A DNA stretch of 58,508 bases from Acidobacteriota bacterium (GTDB lineage Bacteria > Acidobacteriota > Polarisedimenticolia > SMYD01): positions 1 to 58,508 of the forward strand of contig JBHHZI010000004.1 of assembly GCA_046757965.1 (NCBI GenBank), written 5' to 3'. Each line of letters starts with the position of its first letter. The first letter of the stretch is position 1. The notes under the pieces are model-generated. The model was not told the DNA's origin and ran no database searches. It saw nothing but the letters and a program-made list of their open reading frames with translations. Below, piece by piece: positions 26,428-35,483 of this stretch. A program made the position numbers and the translations under genes.

Positions 26428-27030
26428 ATGATGATGCAGCGCGACCATCGACCCGGGATCATGGTGTGGACCGTCTCGATGGCGGTGGGCTGTCTGGCCT
26501 GTACCGCCGCCGAACCGGATCCCCTCGTCAGCTCGACACCCGACACCGGCAGTCTCGTCGGGGGACACGCCGGCGTGGCGGGGGGCCTCCGGTGGACCGC
26601 GCCGGCGGCCTGGACGCCGGCCGAGGCGGCACCGATGCGCGCGGCCAGCTACCGGGTCCCGGGTGGTCCCGGCGAACCGGGGGACATCGACATCTCCGTG
26701 TCGTTCTTTCCCGGCGCCGGCGGCGGTGAGGAGGCCAATCTGGCCCGCTGGACCGGGCAGTTCCGGTCCCCCGTGGGTGGGCCTCCCGAGGGCGTCATCA
26801 GCGGCAACACCCGGGTGGCGGGTTTCCCCGTCGCCACGCTGGATGTGTCCGGGACCTACCAGGGCGGACCGCGGGGCGGCGGGCCGTTTCCCGGCTACCG
26901 GCTCTTCGCGGCCATCGTGCAGGGGCCGCAGGGGCCGGTCTTCTTCAAGATGGTCGGGCCAGCCGGCGGTGTGGACCGCGCCAAGAGCGGATTCGACGCC
27001 ATGCTGCACTCCGTCACGGCAGCGCCGTAG
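26428..27030 (+). CDS. Hypothetical lipoprotein
   Basis: ORF 26398..27030. The ATG at 26428 gives MMMQRDHRPGIMVWTVSMAVGCLAC with a lipobox. GC3 is high. No recognisable motif. Confidence 0.6.
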   Translation: MMMQRDHRPGIMVWTVSMAVGCLACTAAEPDPLVSSTPDTGSLVGGHAGVAGGLRWTAPAAWTPAEAAPMRAASYRVPGGPGEPGDIDISVSFFPGAGGGEEANLARWTGQFRSPVGGPPEGVISGNTRVAGFPVATLDVSGTYQGGPRGGGPFPGYRLFAAIVQGPQGPVFFKMVGPAGGVDRAKSGFDAMLHSVTAAP

Positions 27031-27056
27031 GACCGGCCCCGGGAGCTGCCGGTGCG

Positions 27057-27779
27057 TCAGCCGGCCGGCCGCCCGGCCCGGTTCCGATGGTGCCGGCCGG
27101 CCCGGGCGACCACCGGCAGCAGGATCACCAGCAGCGTGGTCATGACGAGGTTGCCGATCAAGATCACCTGTCGCCCGGCTGGAGACACCGCCGGCCGCGA
27201 GCGGAGCCAGCTCCGCACACGTCGTGCCCGCCGGGTCCCCGGGCCAGGAACGAAGACGGTGCGGTGCCCGTTCTCGTCGCGATAGGGCACGGCGGTCCCC
27301 GAGTCCAGATAGATGTCGCGGGCGGCACGGACCCGCATGGCTGCATCCGGATGCCGGAGCGCCCGCTGTTCCAGCACCTGCCGGCGGATGGCCGCGGACG
27401 GTCCGCCATGGCCATCAAGTGACGGCGCCAGGGCAACGCTCGACAGGATAAGCGCGATGACGATGAAGCCAAGGCCCGTGCGCCACACCATGGCCGAGGG
27501 TGACGGCTGCAGGTCGGTCGCGCGCGGTACCCGGTAGAGGAAATATGCCGCGGTGACGACCAGTGCCGCGCACGCTCCGGCAGGGCCGAGGAGGGCCAGA
27601 GAGGGGAGCGGGGAGAGGAGCGGTGCCAGGCGGGCCGGCGCCATCGCCGCGACGACTGCCACACCGACGGCAGTGGCCAGCAGTGTGTGAAGGACCAGAC
27701 GGGTTCGATGGTAGACCGCCCCGACGCCCGCCGGCGACGGGGCAGGATCGGGCGGGGTGAGGGCCGCGGACGGAGTCAC
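27057..27779 (-). CDS. Hypothetical polytopic membrane protein
   Basis: Four predicted hydrophobic helices (LHTLLATAVGVAVVAAMA, LALLGPAGACAALVVTAAYFL, GLGFIVIALILSSVALA, VILIGNLVMTTLLVILLPVV). GTG start. Convergent with the lipoprotein gene. Confidence 0.5.
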   Translation of the reverse strand: MTPSAALTPPDPAPSPAGVGAVYHRTRLVLHTLLATAVGVAVVAAMAPARLAPLLSPLPSLALLGPAGACAALVVTAAYFLYRVPRATDLQPSPSAMVWRTGLGFIVIALILSSVALAPSLDGHGGPSAAIRRQVLEQRALRHPDAAMRVRAARDIYLDSGTAVPYRDENGHRTVFVPGPGTRRARRVRSWLRSRPAVSPAGRQVILIGNLVMTTLLVILLPVVARAGRHHRNRAGRPAG

Positions 27780-27826
27780 CCCCCAAGTCTACGCGACCCG
27801 GACGTCGGCCGGGCGGTGCCTGGACC

Positions 27827-27856
27827 TTGACCTCCCTCCCGCGCGGCGACTATAAT
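27827..27856 (+). promoter_or_regulatory. Near-consensus sigma70-type promoter
   Basis: TTGACC (27827-27832), 18 nt spacer, TATAAT (27851-27856), about 60 nt upstream of the acyl-CoA dehydrogenase start. Confidence 0.5.
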
Positions 27857-27918
27857 CGCGGCCGCAAGTATCTATAGATGAACGGTTTGCGTGCGCAGCG
27901 CGGTGCGGCGGGGAACTG

Positions 27919-29061
27919 GTGGACTTCGAACTGACAGATGAGCAGCGCGCGCTGCAGGCCACCGTGCGAGAGTTCGCCCGCCGGGAGATCGCGCCGCATG
28001 TGCGGGAGATGGACGAGTCTCAGCAGTTCCCGCGGGAGATCATGGCCGGGGCGGGAAAGCTCGGGCTGCTCGGCTGCCTCTTCCCGGAGGAATACGGGGG
28101 TGCGGGACTCAGCTACGTCGACTACGTCACCGTGATCGAGGAGATCTCGGCGGTGGACGGAGCGGTCGGGCTGTCGGTGGCGGCTCACAACTCGCTCTGC
28201 TCGAACCACATCTTCCAGTTCGGCTCGGCCGCGCAGAAGACCCGGTACCTCACGCCGCTGGCCCGAGGCGAGAAGATCGGCACCTGGTCGCTGACCGAAC
28301 CGACGGCCGGTTCGGACGCCGGCGGCACGAAGACGACTGCCCGTCTCGACGGCGGCGAGTGGGTGCTCGACGGCTCCAAGACGTTCGCCACGCACGGCGC
28401 CAGCGGAGACATTGCCGTGGTGTTCGCCGTCACTGACCCGACACAGGGGAAGCGCGGCATCTCGGCGTTCGTCGTGGAGCGTGGCACGCCCGGCTTTCGC
28501 ACCGGCAAGAAGGAGGACAAGCTCGGGTGCCGGGCGTCCGACACCGCCGAGATCGTGATGGAGAATTGCCGGGTCCCGGAGGAGAATCTTCTCGGCGAGA
28601 GGGGCGCGGGCTTCGTGAACGCCCTGCAGATCCTCGATGGCGGCCGCATCTCCATCGCGGCGCTGGGCGTCGGCATGGCGCGCGGCGCATACGAGGCGGC
28701 GCGCTCCTACAGTCGCGAGCGCGAGCAGTTCGGCAGGCCGATCTCGTCGTTCCAGGCCATCCAGTGGAAACTTGCGGACATGGCGACCCAGATCGACGCG
28801 GCCCGGCTGCTCGTCTACCGGGCGGCGGGAATGAAGGATCGCCACGAGGATGTGAACATGGCCTCCGCCATGGCCAAGCTCTACTCCTCGGAGGTCGCGG
28901 TGCGGGTCGCGAACGAGGCCGTGCAGGTTCACGGCGGGTACGGATACACGCGCGACTATCCCGTCGAGAAATTCTACCGCGACGCGAAGATCTGCACCAT
29001 CGGCGAGGGCACATCGGAGATCCAGCGCCTGGTCATCGCCCGCCGGCTCCTGGACGCGTGA
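27919..29061 (+). CDS. Acyl-CoA dehydrogenase (short/branched-chain type)
   Basis: [16 protein letters not shown] and [43 protein letters not shown] start. Confidence 0.9.
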   Translation: MDFELTDEQRALQATVREFARREIAPHVREMDESQQFPREIMAGAGKLGLLGCLFPEEYGGAGLSYVDYVTVIEEISAVDGAVGLSVAAHNSLCSNHIFQFGSAAQKTRYLTPLARGEKIGTWSLTEPTAGSDAGGTKTTARLDGGEWVLDGSKTFATHGASGDIAVVFAVTDPTQGKRGISAFVVERGTPGFRTGKKEDKLGCRASDTAEIVMENCRVPEENLLGERGAGFVNALQILDGGRISIAALGVGMARGAYEAARSYSREREQFGRPISSFQAIQWKLADMATQIDAARLLVYRAAGMKDRHEDVNMASAMAKLYSSEVAVRVANEAVQVHGGYGYTRDYPVEKFYRDAKICTIGEGTSEIQRLVIARRLLDA

Positions 29062-30006
29062 ATGGGAGAGAACGGTCTCGTTCCGCGTCTTCTCGATGGT
29101 GATGTCGGCGCGCTCGCCCGGGCCATCAGCCTGGTGGAGAACGGCTCTCCCCGTATCCCGGAGATCCTGGGAGGTGTCTACCCGCGCACCGGCCAGGCGT
29201 ACGTGATCGGCGTGACCGGGCCGCCAGGCGCCGGAAAATCGAGCCTGGTCAACGCGCTCACCTCCATCTACCGGCGCGCCGGGAAGCGAGTCGGTATCAT
29301 CGCGGTGGATCCGTCGTCGGCGTTCTCGGGCGGGGCGATTCTCGGCGACCGGATCCGCATGCAGAGCCATGCAGCCGACGGGGACGTGTTCATCCGCTCC
29401 ATGGCCAACCGGGGACACCCAGGCGGCCTCGCGAAGTCGACCCACGACGTCGTGGATCTGCTCGATGCCGCCGGGTTCTCCATCGTCATCCTGGAGACCG
29501 TGGGTGTCGGTCAGGACGAGGTGGAGATCGTGCGCGGCGCGGATACCGTCTGCGTGGTCCTGGTGCCGGGACTTGGCGACGATATCCAGTCCATCAAGGC
29601 GGGCATCATGGAGATTGCCCACGTGTTCGTGGTCAACAAGGCGGACCGCGAGGGAGCGGACCGCGTGAGCATGGAGATCGACCAGATGCTCTCCCTGAGC
29701 GAATCGGCAGGGCGCTGGCGCCCCCCCATCGTGTCGACGGTCGCCACCACCGGCGAGGGCGTCGTTCGCCTCACGGAGGAGATCGATACGCACCGGGCGC
29801 AGGCCGGGTCGACGGCGAGCGGTGCGCACCGCCGCCGGGAGCTCTCGCGCGAGCGCATCATGAGCCTGGCGCAGGACCGGTTCCTGGCCATCCTGAGGCA
29901 GCGCGCCGGCGATGAGGCCATCGAGTCGGCCGTCGATGCGGTGGCGAGCCGCAAGGTGGACCCGTACCGGGCCACCGACGCGCTGCTGGATGCGGCCGGA
30001 TTGTGA
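29062..30006 (+). CDS. meaB: Methylmalonyl-CoA mutase-associated G-protein chaperone (MeaB/ArgK family)
   Basis: P-loop GVTGPPGAGKSSL, ILETVGVGQ and VVNKADREGA. The gene starts on the base after the upstream stop. Confidence 0.85.
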   Translation: MGENGLVPRLLDGDVGALARAISLVENGSPRIPEILGGVYPRTGQAYVIGVTGPPGAGKSSLVNALTSIYRRAGKRVGIIAVDPSSAFSGGAILGDRIRMQSHAADGDVFIRSMANRGHPGGLAKSTHDVVDLLDAAGFSIVILETVGVGQDEVEIVRGADTVCVVLVPGLGDDIQSIKAGIMEIAHVFVVNKADREGADRVSMEIDQMLSLSESAGRWRPPIVSTVATTGEGVVRLTEEIDTHRAQAGSTASGAHRRRELSRERIMSLAQDRFLAILRQRAGDEAIESAVDAVASRKVDPYRATDALLDAAGL

Positions 30007-30443
30007 GCGGCGTGGGTGGCGATGGCGATGGCGACGGCCGACCGCGGCTCGACCATGTCGGTGTCGCGGTCTTCGACCTGGAGAATCGGTTGAACTTCTA
30101 CACGAAGGCCCTGGGTCTTACGGCGGTTCCGACCGAGACCATCGAGACCGAGCAGGTTCGTGTGGCGTTCCTGCCCCTCGGGGATACCCGGCTCGAACTG
30201 CTGGAGCCGACGGCGGAGGAATCGAGCGTGGCGCGGTTCCTGGACCGGCGGGGGGAGGGGATTCACCACCTGTGCATCGAGATCGAGGACCTGGATGCCA
30301 CCCTGGCGAGATTGCAGGCAGAGAAGGTGTCACTGGTCGATGACGTGCCGCGGCCTGGAGCGGAGGGAAGCCGGGTGGCCTTCATTCATCCAAGCGGCAC
30401 CGGTGGGGTGCTGATCGAGCTGAAGCAGCGAGGCACGCGGTGA
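30003..30443 (+). CDS. mce: Methylmalonyl-CoA epimerase (VOC/glyoxalase fold)
   Basis: LDHVGVAVFDL, GIHHLCIEIED and VAFIHPSGTGGVLIELKQ. GTGA overlap with meaB. Short G/D-rich N-terminal extension. Confidence 0.8.
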   Translation: MSGVGGDGDGDGRPRLDHVGVAVFDLENRLNFYTKALGLTAVPTETIETEQVRVAFLPLGDTRLELLEPTAEESSVARFLDRRGEGIHHLCIEIEDLDATLARLQAEKVSLVDDVPRPGAEGSRVAFIHPSGTGGVLIELKQRGTR

Positions 30444-30751
30444 TCACGCCGGGATCGGAGGTCATCATCTATCTCCAGGAACCGCGGGAGCAGGTGTGGG
30501 GTCTGCTGCGTGGACTCGACGAGGTGGGCGTCACCGTGGAGGGTCTCGACATCGAATCGTTCGACGCCTGGGCGCGCTGCGTGGAGGAGGGCGGCGGGTG
30601 GCGTTCCCAGATCTCGGTCCAGTTCCTGCCGATGCGGCGGGTCCAGCGCATCCTGCTCGACCGCGGGGACCCCGAGTCTCCGTCTCTATCCGAACGATTC
30701 GCGGCCCGCGTCGGGCGCTCGCTGGGCGCTCTTCTGGACGGGGCGTCGTGA
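30440..30751 (+). CDS. Small (103 aa) conserved-looking hypothetical protein
   Basis: GTGA overlaps at both ends (with mce and with the DUF255 gene). GC3 is high and the composition is non-repetitive. The competing frame (30496..) is R/G-rich. Confidence 0.55.
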   Translation: MITPGSEVIIYLQEPREQVWGLLRGLDEVGVTVEGLDIESFDAWARCVEEGGGWRSQISVQFLPMRRVQRILLDRGDPESPSLSERFAARVGRSLGALLDGAS

Positions 30752-32685
30752 CGCGGCGGCGGCGGAGCCGGTTCCTCCCGGCGCTTCTTGCGATCTGTTG
30801 CGCGTCACTTCCCGCGCTGTCAGGCGCGGGCGCCATCGATGGGAGGACGCGGGCGGCTGCGGAGGAGAGCACCGGACAGGATCACATCCGCTGGCTCCCG
30901 TGGACGCGCAAGACCTTCGAGGTGGCCGCTGCCCTGAAACGACCGGTGCTGCTCTATCTTCGGTCGGCGGATTGCCGCCTGTGCAGCGGCCTCGAGGCGA
31001 ACGTCTTCGACGACCCCGACGTGGTCCGCCTGATGGCGAACCGCATCGTGCCGATAGCCGCCGACGTCGATCTGCGGCCCGACCTGGCCAGCCGCTACCT
31101 CATCAGGGCGGTACCCACGGTGAGCTACCTGCTTCCCAACGGCGAGCCGATGTACCGGATCGAGAACGACGCGACGCTGGCGCGGGTCGGCGCATACATG
31201 ACGAGCCCGGACCGCTTCCGCCGCTACCTGGCGCTGGCGGTGCGGTACATGAAGGAGAACCCGGTGGAGTTGATCGGCAAGGCGGCCGAGATCGCGGCGC
31301 TGGAGAGCAAGGTGCGGTCATTCACGCCCGGCGACCCGCCTCTCGACGAGCTCGCGGCGTTGCAGCGGAGAATCCGCGACCAGATCGACTACACGCATGG
31401 GGGACTGGGCCGGGGCTGGAAGACCATCGACGACGCTCCGTTCCGTCTGTTCGCGTCGCTGGCCCGGGATGACGCCGGCGGGCCACTCGGTCGGGCGACC
31501 ATGACGACGGCGCACCGCCTGCTCGAGGCGCCGATCCACGACGCCGTGGAGGGCGGGTTTCACCACTATGCCACCGCGCGGGACTGGTCGACGCCTGCCC
31601 TGGAGAAGCGGCTGGACACCAACGCCGCCGCCGTCCGGCTGCTGGTCGTGGCCGCGGTGCTCGCCCCGGAGGATGCGGCGATCCGTGCCGGCGTGTCGTC
31701 CACCATCGATTTCGTGAGGACTCACCTGGCCCTCGACGAGGGGGGATACGGGCTGGGCCAGAAGGCGTCACTGACACCGGATGACCCGGGCCTGTACTTC
31801 ACACTGGACCGCGATGCCCGTCAGACCCGCAAGCCGCCGGGAATCGTTCGCACGTTCGTCTCGGAGTACAACGCACGTTTTGCCGTCGCGTTGCTCGAGG
31901 CCGGGGCACGTTACCGCGACACGGGGTGGACGGCGGCGGGCCTCGACCTTGCGGACGTCGTGGCCCGCCGGGCCTACCGGCCCGGGCGAGGCGTATCCCC
32001 GGCGGTCTCTGTCGCCGGCAAGCCGAGTATCGACGGGCTGCTGGTCGACCAGGTCGCGGCGATGGAGGCGTGGATCGCGGCGTTCGAGATCCGGGGACGT
32101 CCGGCGGACCTGGAGCGCGTCCGGGCCCTGGCCGCCTTCTGCGACGCGAACCTGCGCGACCCGGCGGGGTTCTACATCGACCGCTCGCCCGATCTGTCCG
32201 CCGTGGGAAAGATGAAGCGACCGATGGTGAACCTCTCGACCAACGGCCGCCTCGCGCTGGCGCTGCTGAGACTCTCCGTGCTGAGCGGTGATCCGGCCTG
32301 GCGTGAGCGGGCCGTGGCGGCCAGCGGCGCCCTGCGCACCGCCACATCCCGCATGGGGGCTGCCGATGCCCCCTACGTCGAGGCTCTCGGCGCGCTCGCC
32401 GCGCCGCCGATCCGGGTGGTCGTGCCCGGCGCGTTCGAATCGTCCGGTGTGCTCGCCCTCCGGCAGGCCGGCATGATGCTTCCCGAGCCGGGCGCGGTGG
32501 TGGTCCCGGCAGGAGCCGGCGCCCCGGTGGCGGGCGTGCCGGCCCCAGCCGAACGGGGGGCGGAGACGGCATGGGTCTGTGTGGGTGAGCACTGTTCGGG
32601 GCCGGTCACGACCAGCGAGCAGATGCGTGCGGCGCTGGCCTCTCTGCTGGCCCCGGCGTTTGACCCCGGATCCGCGGCCGACTAA
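30748..32685 (+). CDS. Exported thioredoxin-fold DUF255 / YyaL-like protein with a C-terminal alpha/alpha-barrel-like region
   Basis: GTG at 30748. Signal peptide RRRRSRFLPALLAICCASLPALSGAGA. Trx-like region WLPWTRKTFEVAAALKRPVLLYLRSADCRLCSGLEANVFDDPDV contains a CxxC motif. About 450 aa of helical region follows. Confidence 0.7.
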   Translation: MTRRRRSRFLPALLAICCASLPALSGAGAIDGRTRAAAEESTGQDHIRWLPWTRKTFEVAAALKRPVLLYLRSADCRLCSGLEANVFDDPDVVRLMANRIVPIAADVDLRPDLASRYLIRAVPTVSYLLPNGEPMYRIENDATLARVGAYMTSPDRFRRYLALAVRYMKENPVELIGKAAEIAALESKVRSFTPGDPPLDELAALQRRIRDQIDYTHGGLGRGWKTIDDAPFRLFASLARDDAGGPLGRATMTTAHRLLEAPIHDAVEGGFHHYATARDWSTPALEKRLDTNAAAVRLLVVAAVLAPEDAAIRAGVSSTIDFVRTHLALDEGGYGLGQKASLTPDDPGLYFTLDRDARQTRKPPGIVRTFVSEYNARFAVALLEAGARYRDTGWTAAGLDLADVVARRAYRPGRGVSPAVSVAGKPSIDGLLVDQVAAMEAWIAAFEIRGRPADLERVRALAAFCDANLRDPAGFYIDRSPDLSAVGKMKRPMVNLSTNGRLALALLRLSVLSGDPAWRERAVAASGALRTATSRMGAADAPYVEALGALAAPPIRVVVPGAFESSGVLALRQAGMMLPEPGAVVVPAGAGAPVAGVPAPAERGAETAWVCVGEHCSGPVTTSEQMRAALASLLAPAFDPGSAAD

Positions 32686-32719
32686 CGTGACTCGATTCTC
32701 GCCGACAGGAGTCCTCGAC

Positions 32720-33583
32720 GTGACCAGAGCGGAGATCGGCATCATCGGGGGCAGCGGTCTGTATGACCTGAGTGGGATCGAGAACGGCCGGGAGGTTCAC
32801 CTGCAGACGCCGTTCGGCGAGCCCTCGGATGCTTATCACGTCGGGAATCTCGGAGGCCGCTCCGTCGCCTTCCTGCCCCGCCATGGCGGCGGCCACCTGC
32901 TGGCGCCCGGCAGGATCAACGCCCGCGCCAACATCCACGGGTTCAAGCAGCTCGGTGTGGAGCGCATTCTGTCTGTCTCGGCCGTCGGGTCGATGCAGGA
33001 GGAGATCGCGCCGCTGGACATGGTGGTTCCCGACCAGTTCATCGACCGCACGCGCCATCGCGCGGATACCTTCTTCGACGCCGGACCGGTCGTGCATGTC
33101 GCCTTCGCCGACCCCATCTGTCCGGATCTCGCTCGCGGATTGATCCGGGCGGTTGCCGCGCCGGTGCGCGTTCACGGGACCGGAACCTATCTGTGCATGG
33201 AGGGACCCCAGTTCTCGACACGCGCCGAATCGCACCTGTACCGGTCCTGGGGTGTTTCGGTGATCGGCATGACCAACCTGACCGAGGCGCGCCTCGCCCG
33301 CGAAGCCGAGCTCTGCTACGCGACACTGGCGCTGGTCACCGACTACGATTGCTGGCGCGAGGGTGACGAGGTGGCCGTGGATCAGATCCTGGAGATCCTC
33401 GCGCAGAATGCCGGTCATGCGGCCGAGGTCCTGGGTCGATGTGTGGCCGCCCTGAGTGCGGAGCGGTCCTGCACCTGTTCAGAGGCGCTGGCGTCGGCGA
33501 TCTTGACCCGTCCTGACCGGATTCCCCGACCGATCCGCCGGCGCCTGGATCTGCTCATCGGCCACCGGCTGGGAAAGGAGTGA
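32720..33583 (+). CDS. mtnP: S-methyl-5'-thioadenosine phosphorylase
   Basis: IGIIGGSGLY, FLPRHGGGH, MEGPQFSTRAES and VIGMTNLTEARLAREAELCYATLALVTDYD. GTG at 32720 (alternative GTG at 32687). Confidence 0.85.
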   Translation: MTRAEIGIIGGSGLYDLSGIENGREVHLQTPFGEPSDAYHVGNLGGRSVAFLPRHGGGHLLAPGRINARANIHGFKQLGVERILSVSAVGSMQEEIAPLDMVVPDQFIDRTRHRADTFFDAGPVVHVAFADPICPDLARGLIRAVAAPVRVHGTGTYLCMEGPQFSTRAESHLYRSWGVSVIGMTNLTEARLAREAELCYATLALVTDYDCWREGDEVAVDQILEILAQNAGHAAEVLGRCVAALSAERSCTCSEALASAILTRPDRIPRPIRRRLDLLIGHRLGKE

Positions 33584-33589
33584 GCGGGC

Positions 33590-34519
33590 ATGTCCCTGCT
33601 TGTCATCGGAACCGTAGCCTTCGACAGTGTGACGACGCCGCACGGCAGCCGGGAATCGACCCTTGGAGGGTCGGCCACATACTTCGCCGTGGCGGCCTCG
33701 TTCTTCACCCCGGTCAGCATGGTCGCCGTGGTCGGAGAGGACTTCCCGGCGGACATCCTCGAACGGCTGGGCCGGCGTGGCATCGACACGTCGGGCGTCG
33801 TCACGGTGCCGGGCAAGACCTTCCGGTGGAAGGGTGAATACGGCGACGATCTGAACGAGGCACGGACCCTCGAGACACATCTCAATGTGCTCGAGGTGTT
33901 CAAGCCCGAGCTCTCGGGGATGCAGCGCCGGGCGGACCACCTGTTCCTGGCGAACATTGACCCGGTTCTCCAGAAGGAGGTGCAGCGCCAGGTCGAGTCT
34001 CCGCATCTTGTGGCGGCCGACACGATGAACTTCTGGATCGAGGGAAAGAGGGCGGAGCTGGCCGCGACGCTGGCGGACGTCGACCTGCTGGTCATCAATG
34101 ACGGCGAGGCGCGGATGCTGGCCGGCGAGTCCTCGCTCCCGCGGGCGGCGGTGAGGATCCGCACCATGGGCCCGGAATCGGTCATCATCAAGCGTGGCGA
34201 GCATGGCGTGGCGTTGTTCACGGCATCGGACACCTTCGTGGCGCCTGCCTTCCCGGTGGAGAACGTGCTGGATCCGACCGGCGCCGGAGACAGCTTTGCC
34301 GGAGGGATGATGGGCTATCTGGCCCATCGAGATCGTCATGACCCGGCGACGCTGCGCCAGGCGATCATCTACGGCTCCACGCTGGCGTCGTTCAACGTGG
34401 AGGACTTCAGCATGGATCGCTTGCTCGCGTTGACGAGATCCGAGATCGATGCACGATACAGGGCGTTCACTGCCCTGACCCATTTTGATCCGATCGGTGC
34501 CGGATCGGAGGAGGGCTAG
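33590..34519 (+). CDS. PfkB-family sugar/nucleoside kinase
   Basis: DPTGAGDSFAGGMMGYL (PfkB signature 2) and an N-terminal GGSATYFA. Confidence 0.85.
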   Translation: MSLLVIGTVAFDSVTTPHGSRESTLGGSATYFAVAASFFTPVSMVAVVGEDFPADILERLGRRGIDTSGVVTVPGKTFRWKGEYGDDLNEARTLETHLNVLEVFKPELSGMQRRADHLFLANIDPVLQKEVQRQVESPHLVAADTMNFWIEGKRAELAATLADVDLLVINDGEARMLAGESSLPRAAVRIRTMGPESVIIKRGEHGVALFTASDTFVAPAFPVENVLDPTGAGDSFAGGMMGYLAHRDRHDPATLRQAIIYGSTLASFNVEDFSMDRLLALTRSEIDARYRAFTALTHFDPIGAGSEEG

Positions 34520-34522
34520 GCC

Positions 34523-35014
34523 ATGGCGAGGACGATCAGTGGCGCGCTGTCGGCGTCTGGACGACGGTTTGGCATCGTGCTGCCCCGGTTCAACGATCTG
34601 TTCGGCCGACGTCTCCTCGATGCGGCGATCGACTGTCTTCTTCGCCATGGAGCCGACGACGACGGGATCCTCGTCGTCCGCGTGCCGGGGGTCTTCGAGC
34701 TGCCGTTCGCCGCGAAGCTCGTCGCCTCGCGTCCTGACGTGGATGCCGTGCTGGCGCTGGGGGTTCTCATTCGCGGCGCGACGCCCCACTTCGACCATAT
34801 CGCCGCCGAGGTGGTCCGCGGTCTGGGGCGGCTCAACAGCACGGCCGACGTACCCGTCACCTTCGGCGTGGTCACCGCGGAGAATCAGGAACAGGCGATG
34901 GAGCGGTGCGGTGGCAAGGCGGGGAATCGTGGCCGGGACGCCGCCATCGCGGCGATGGAGATGGTGGAGGTCCGCCGCCGGGTGCTCGAGGACGTGCCGG
35001 CCCGGGGGGCGTGA
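34523..35014 (+). CDS. ribH: 6,7-dimethyl-8-ribityllumazine synthase
   Basis: FGIVLPRFN, VRVPGVFELP and LGVLIRGATPHFDHIAAEV. Confidence 0.9.
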   Translation: MARTISGALSASGRRFGIVLPRFNDLFGRRLLDAAIDCLLRHGADDDGILVVRVPGVFELPFAAKLVASRPDVDAVLALGVLIRGATPHFDHIAAEVVRGLGRLNSTADVPVTFGVVTAENQEQAMERCGGKAGNRGRDAAIAAMEMVEVRRRVLEDVPARGA

Positions 35015-35023
35015 GGTCGGCCG

Positions 35024-35446
35024 GTGGGACAGCGACGACGAGCGAGGGAACTGGCCCTTCAGCTGCTCTTCGAGGTGGAGATCACGCGCGACCCGCCGGC
35101 GCAAGTGCTGACCCGTTTCTGGGCCATGCGCGAGGTGCCGCAGGCGGTGCAGGAGTTCACCGGGACACTCGTCCTGGGGACGGTGGCCCATCTCGAGTCC
35201 ATCGACAGGCTCCTGGCCTCGGCTGCAAAGAACTGGCGTCTCGGCCGCATGGCGATCGTCGATCGCAACGTGCTCCGCATGGCGATCTTCGAGCTCCGGC
35301 ACCGGCCGGAGACTCCGTCCGCCGTGGTCATCGACGAGGCCATCGAGATCGCGCGGAAGTTCGGCTCGGAGGACTCGGCCCCGTTCATCAACGGTGTCCT
35401 GGACGCCGTGCGACAGGGAATTGCGCAGGCAGGGAACGAGACCTAG
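35024..35446 (+). CDS. nusB: Transcription antitermination factor NusB
   Basis: RRARELALQLLFEVEI, DRNVLRMAIFEL and EAIEIARKFGSEDSAPFINGVLD. Conserved ribH-nusB order. Confidence 0.85.
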   Translation: MGQRRRARELALQLLFEVEITRDPPAQVLTRFWAMREVPQAVQEFTGTLVLGTVAHLESIDRLLASAAKNWRLGRMAIVDRNVLRMAIFELRHRPETPSAVVIDEAIEIARKFGSEDSAPFINGVLDAVRQGIAQAGNET

Positions 35447-35483
35447 ATTCGCCTCGCGGCCCCGTCCGGCGCCGGTATTCGAG

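Noticed and set aside
30496-30747. N-terminal extension of the DUF255 ORF, overlapping the 103-aa ORF
   Set aside because: It is an R/G-rich translation (MGSAAWTRRGGRHRGGSRHR...). The signal peptide and the GTGA coupling at 30748 fit better.
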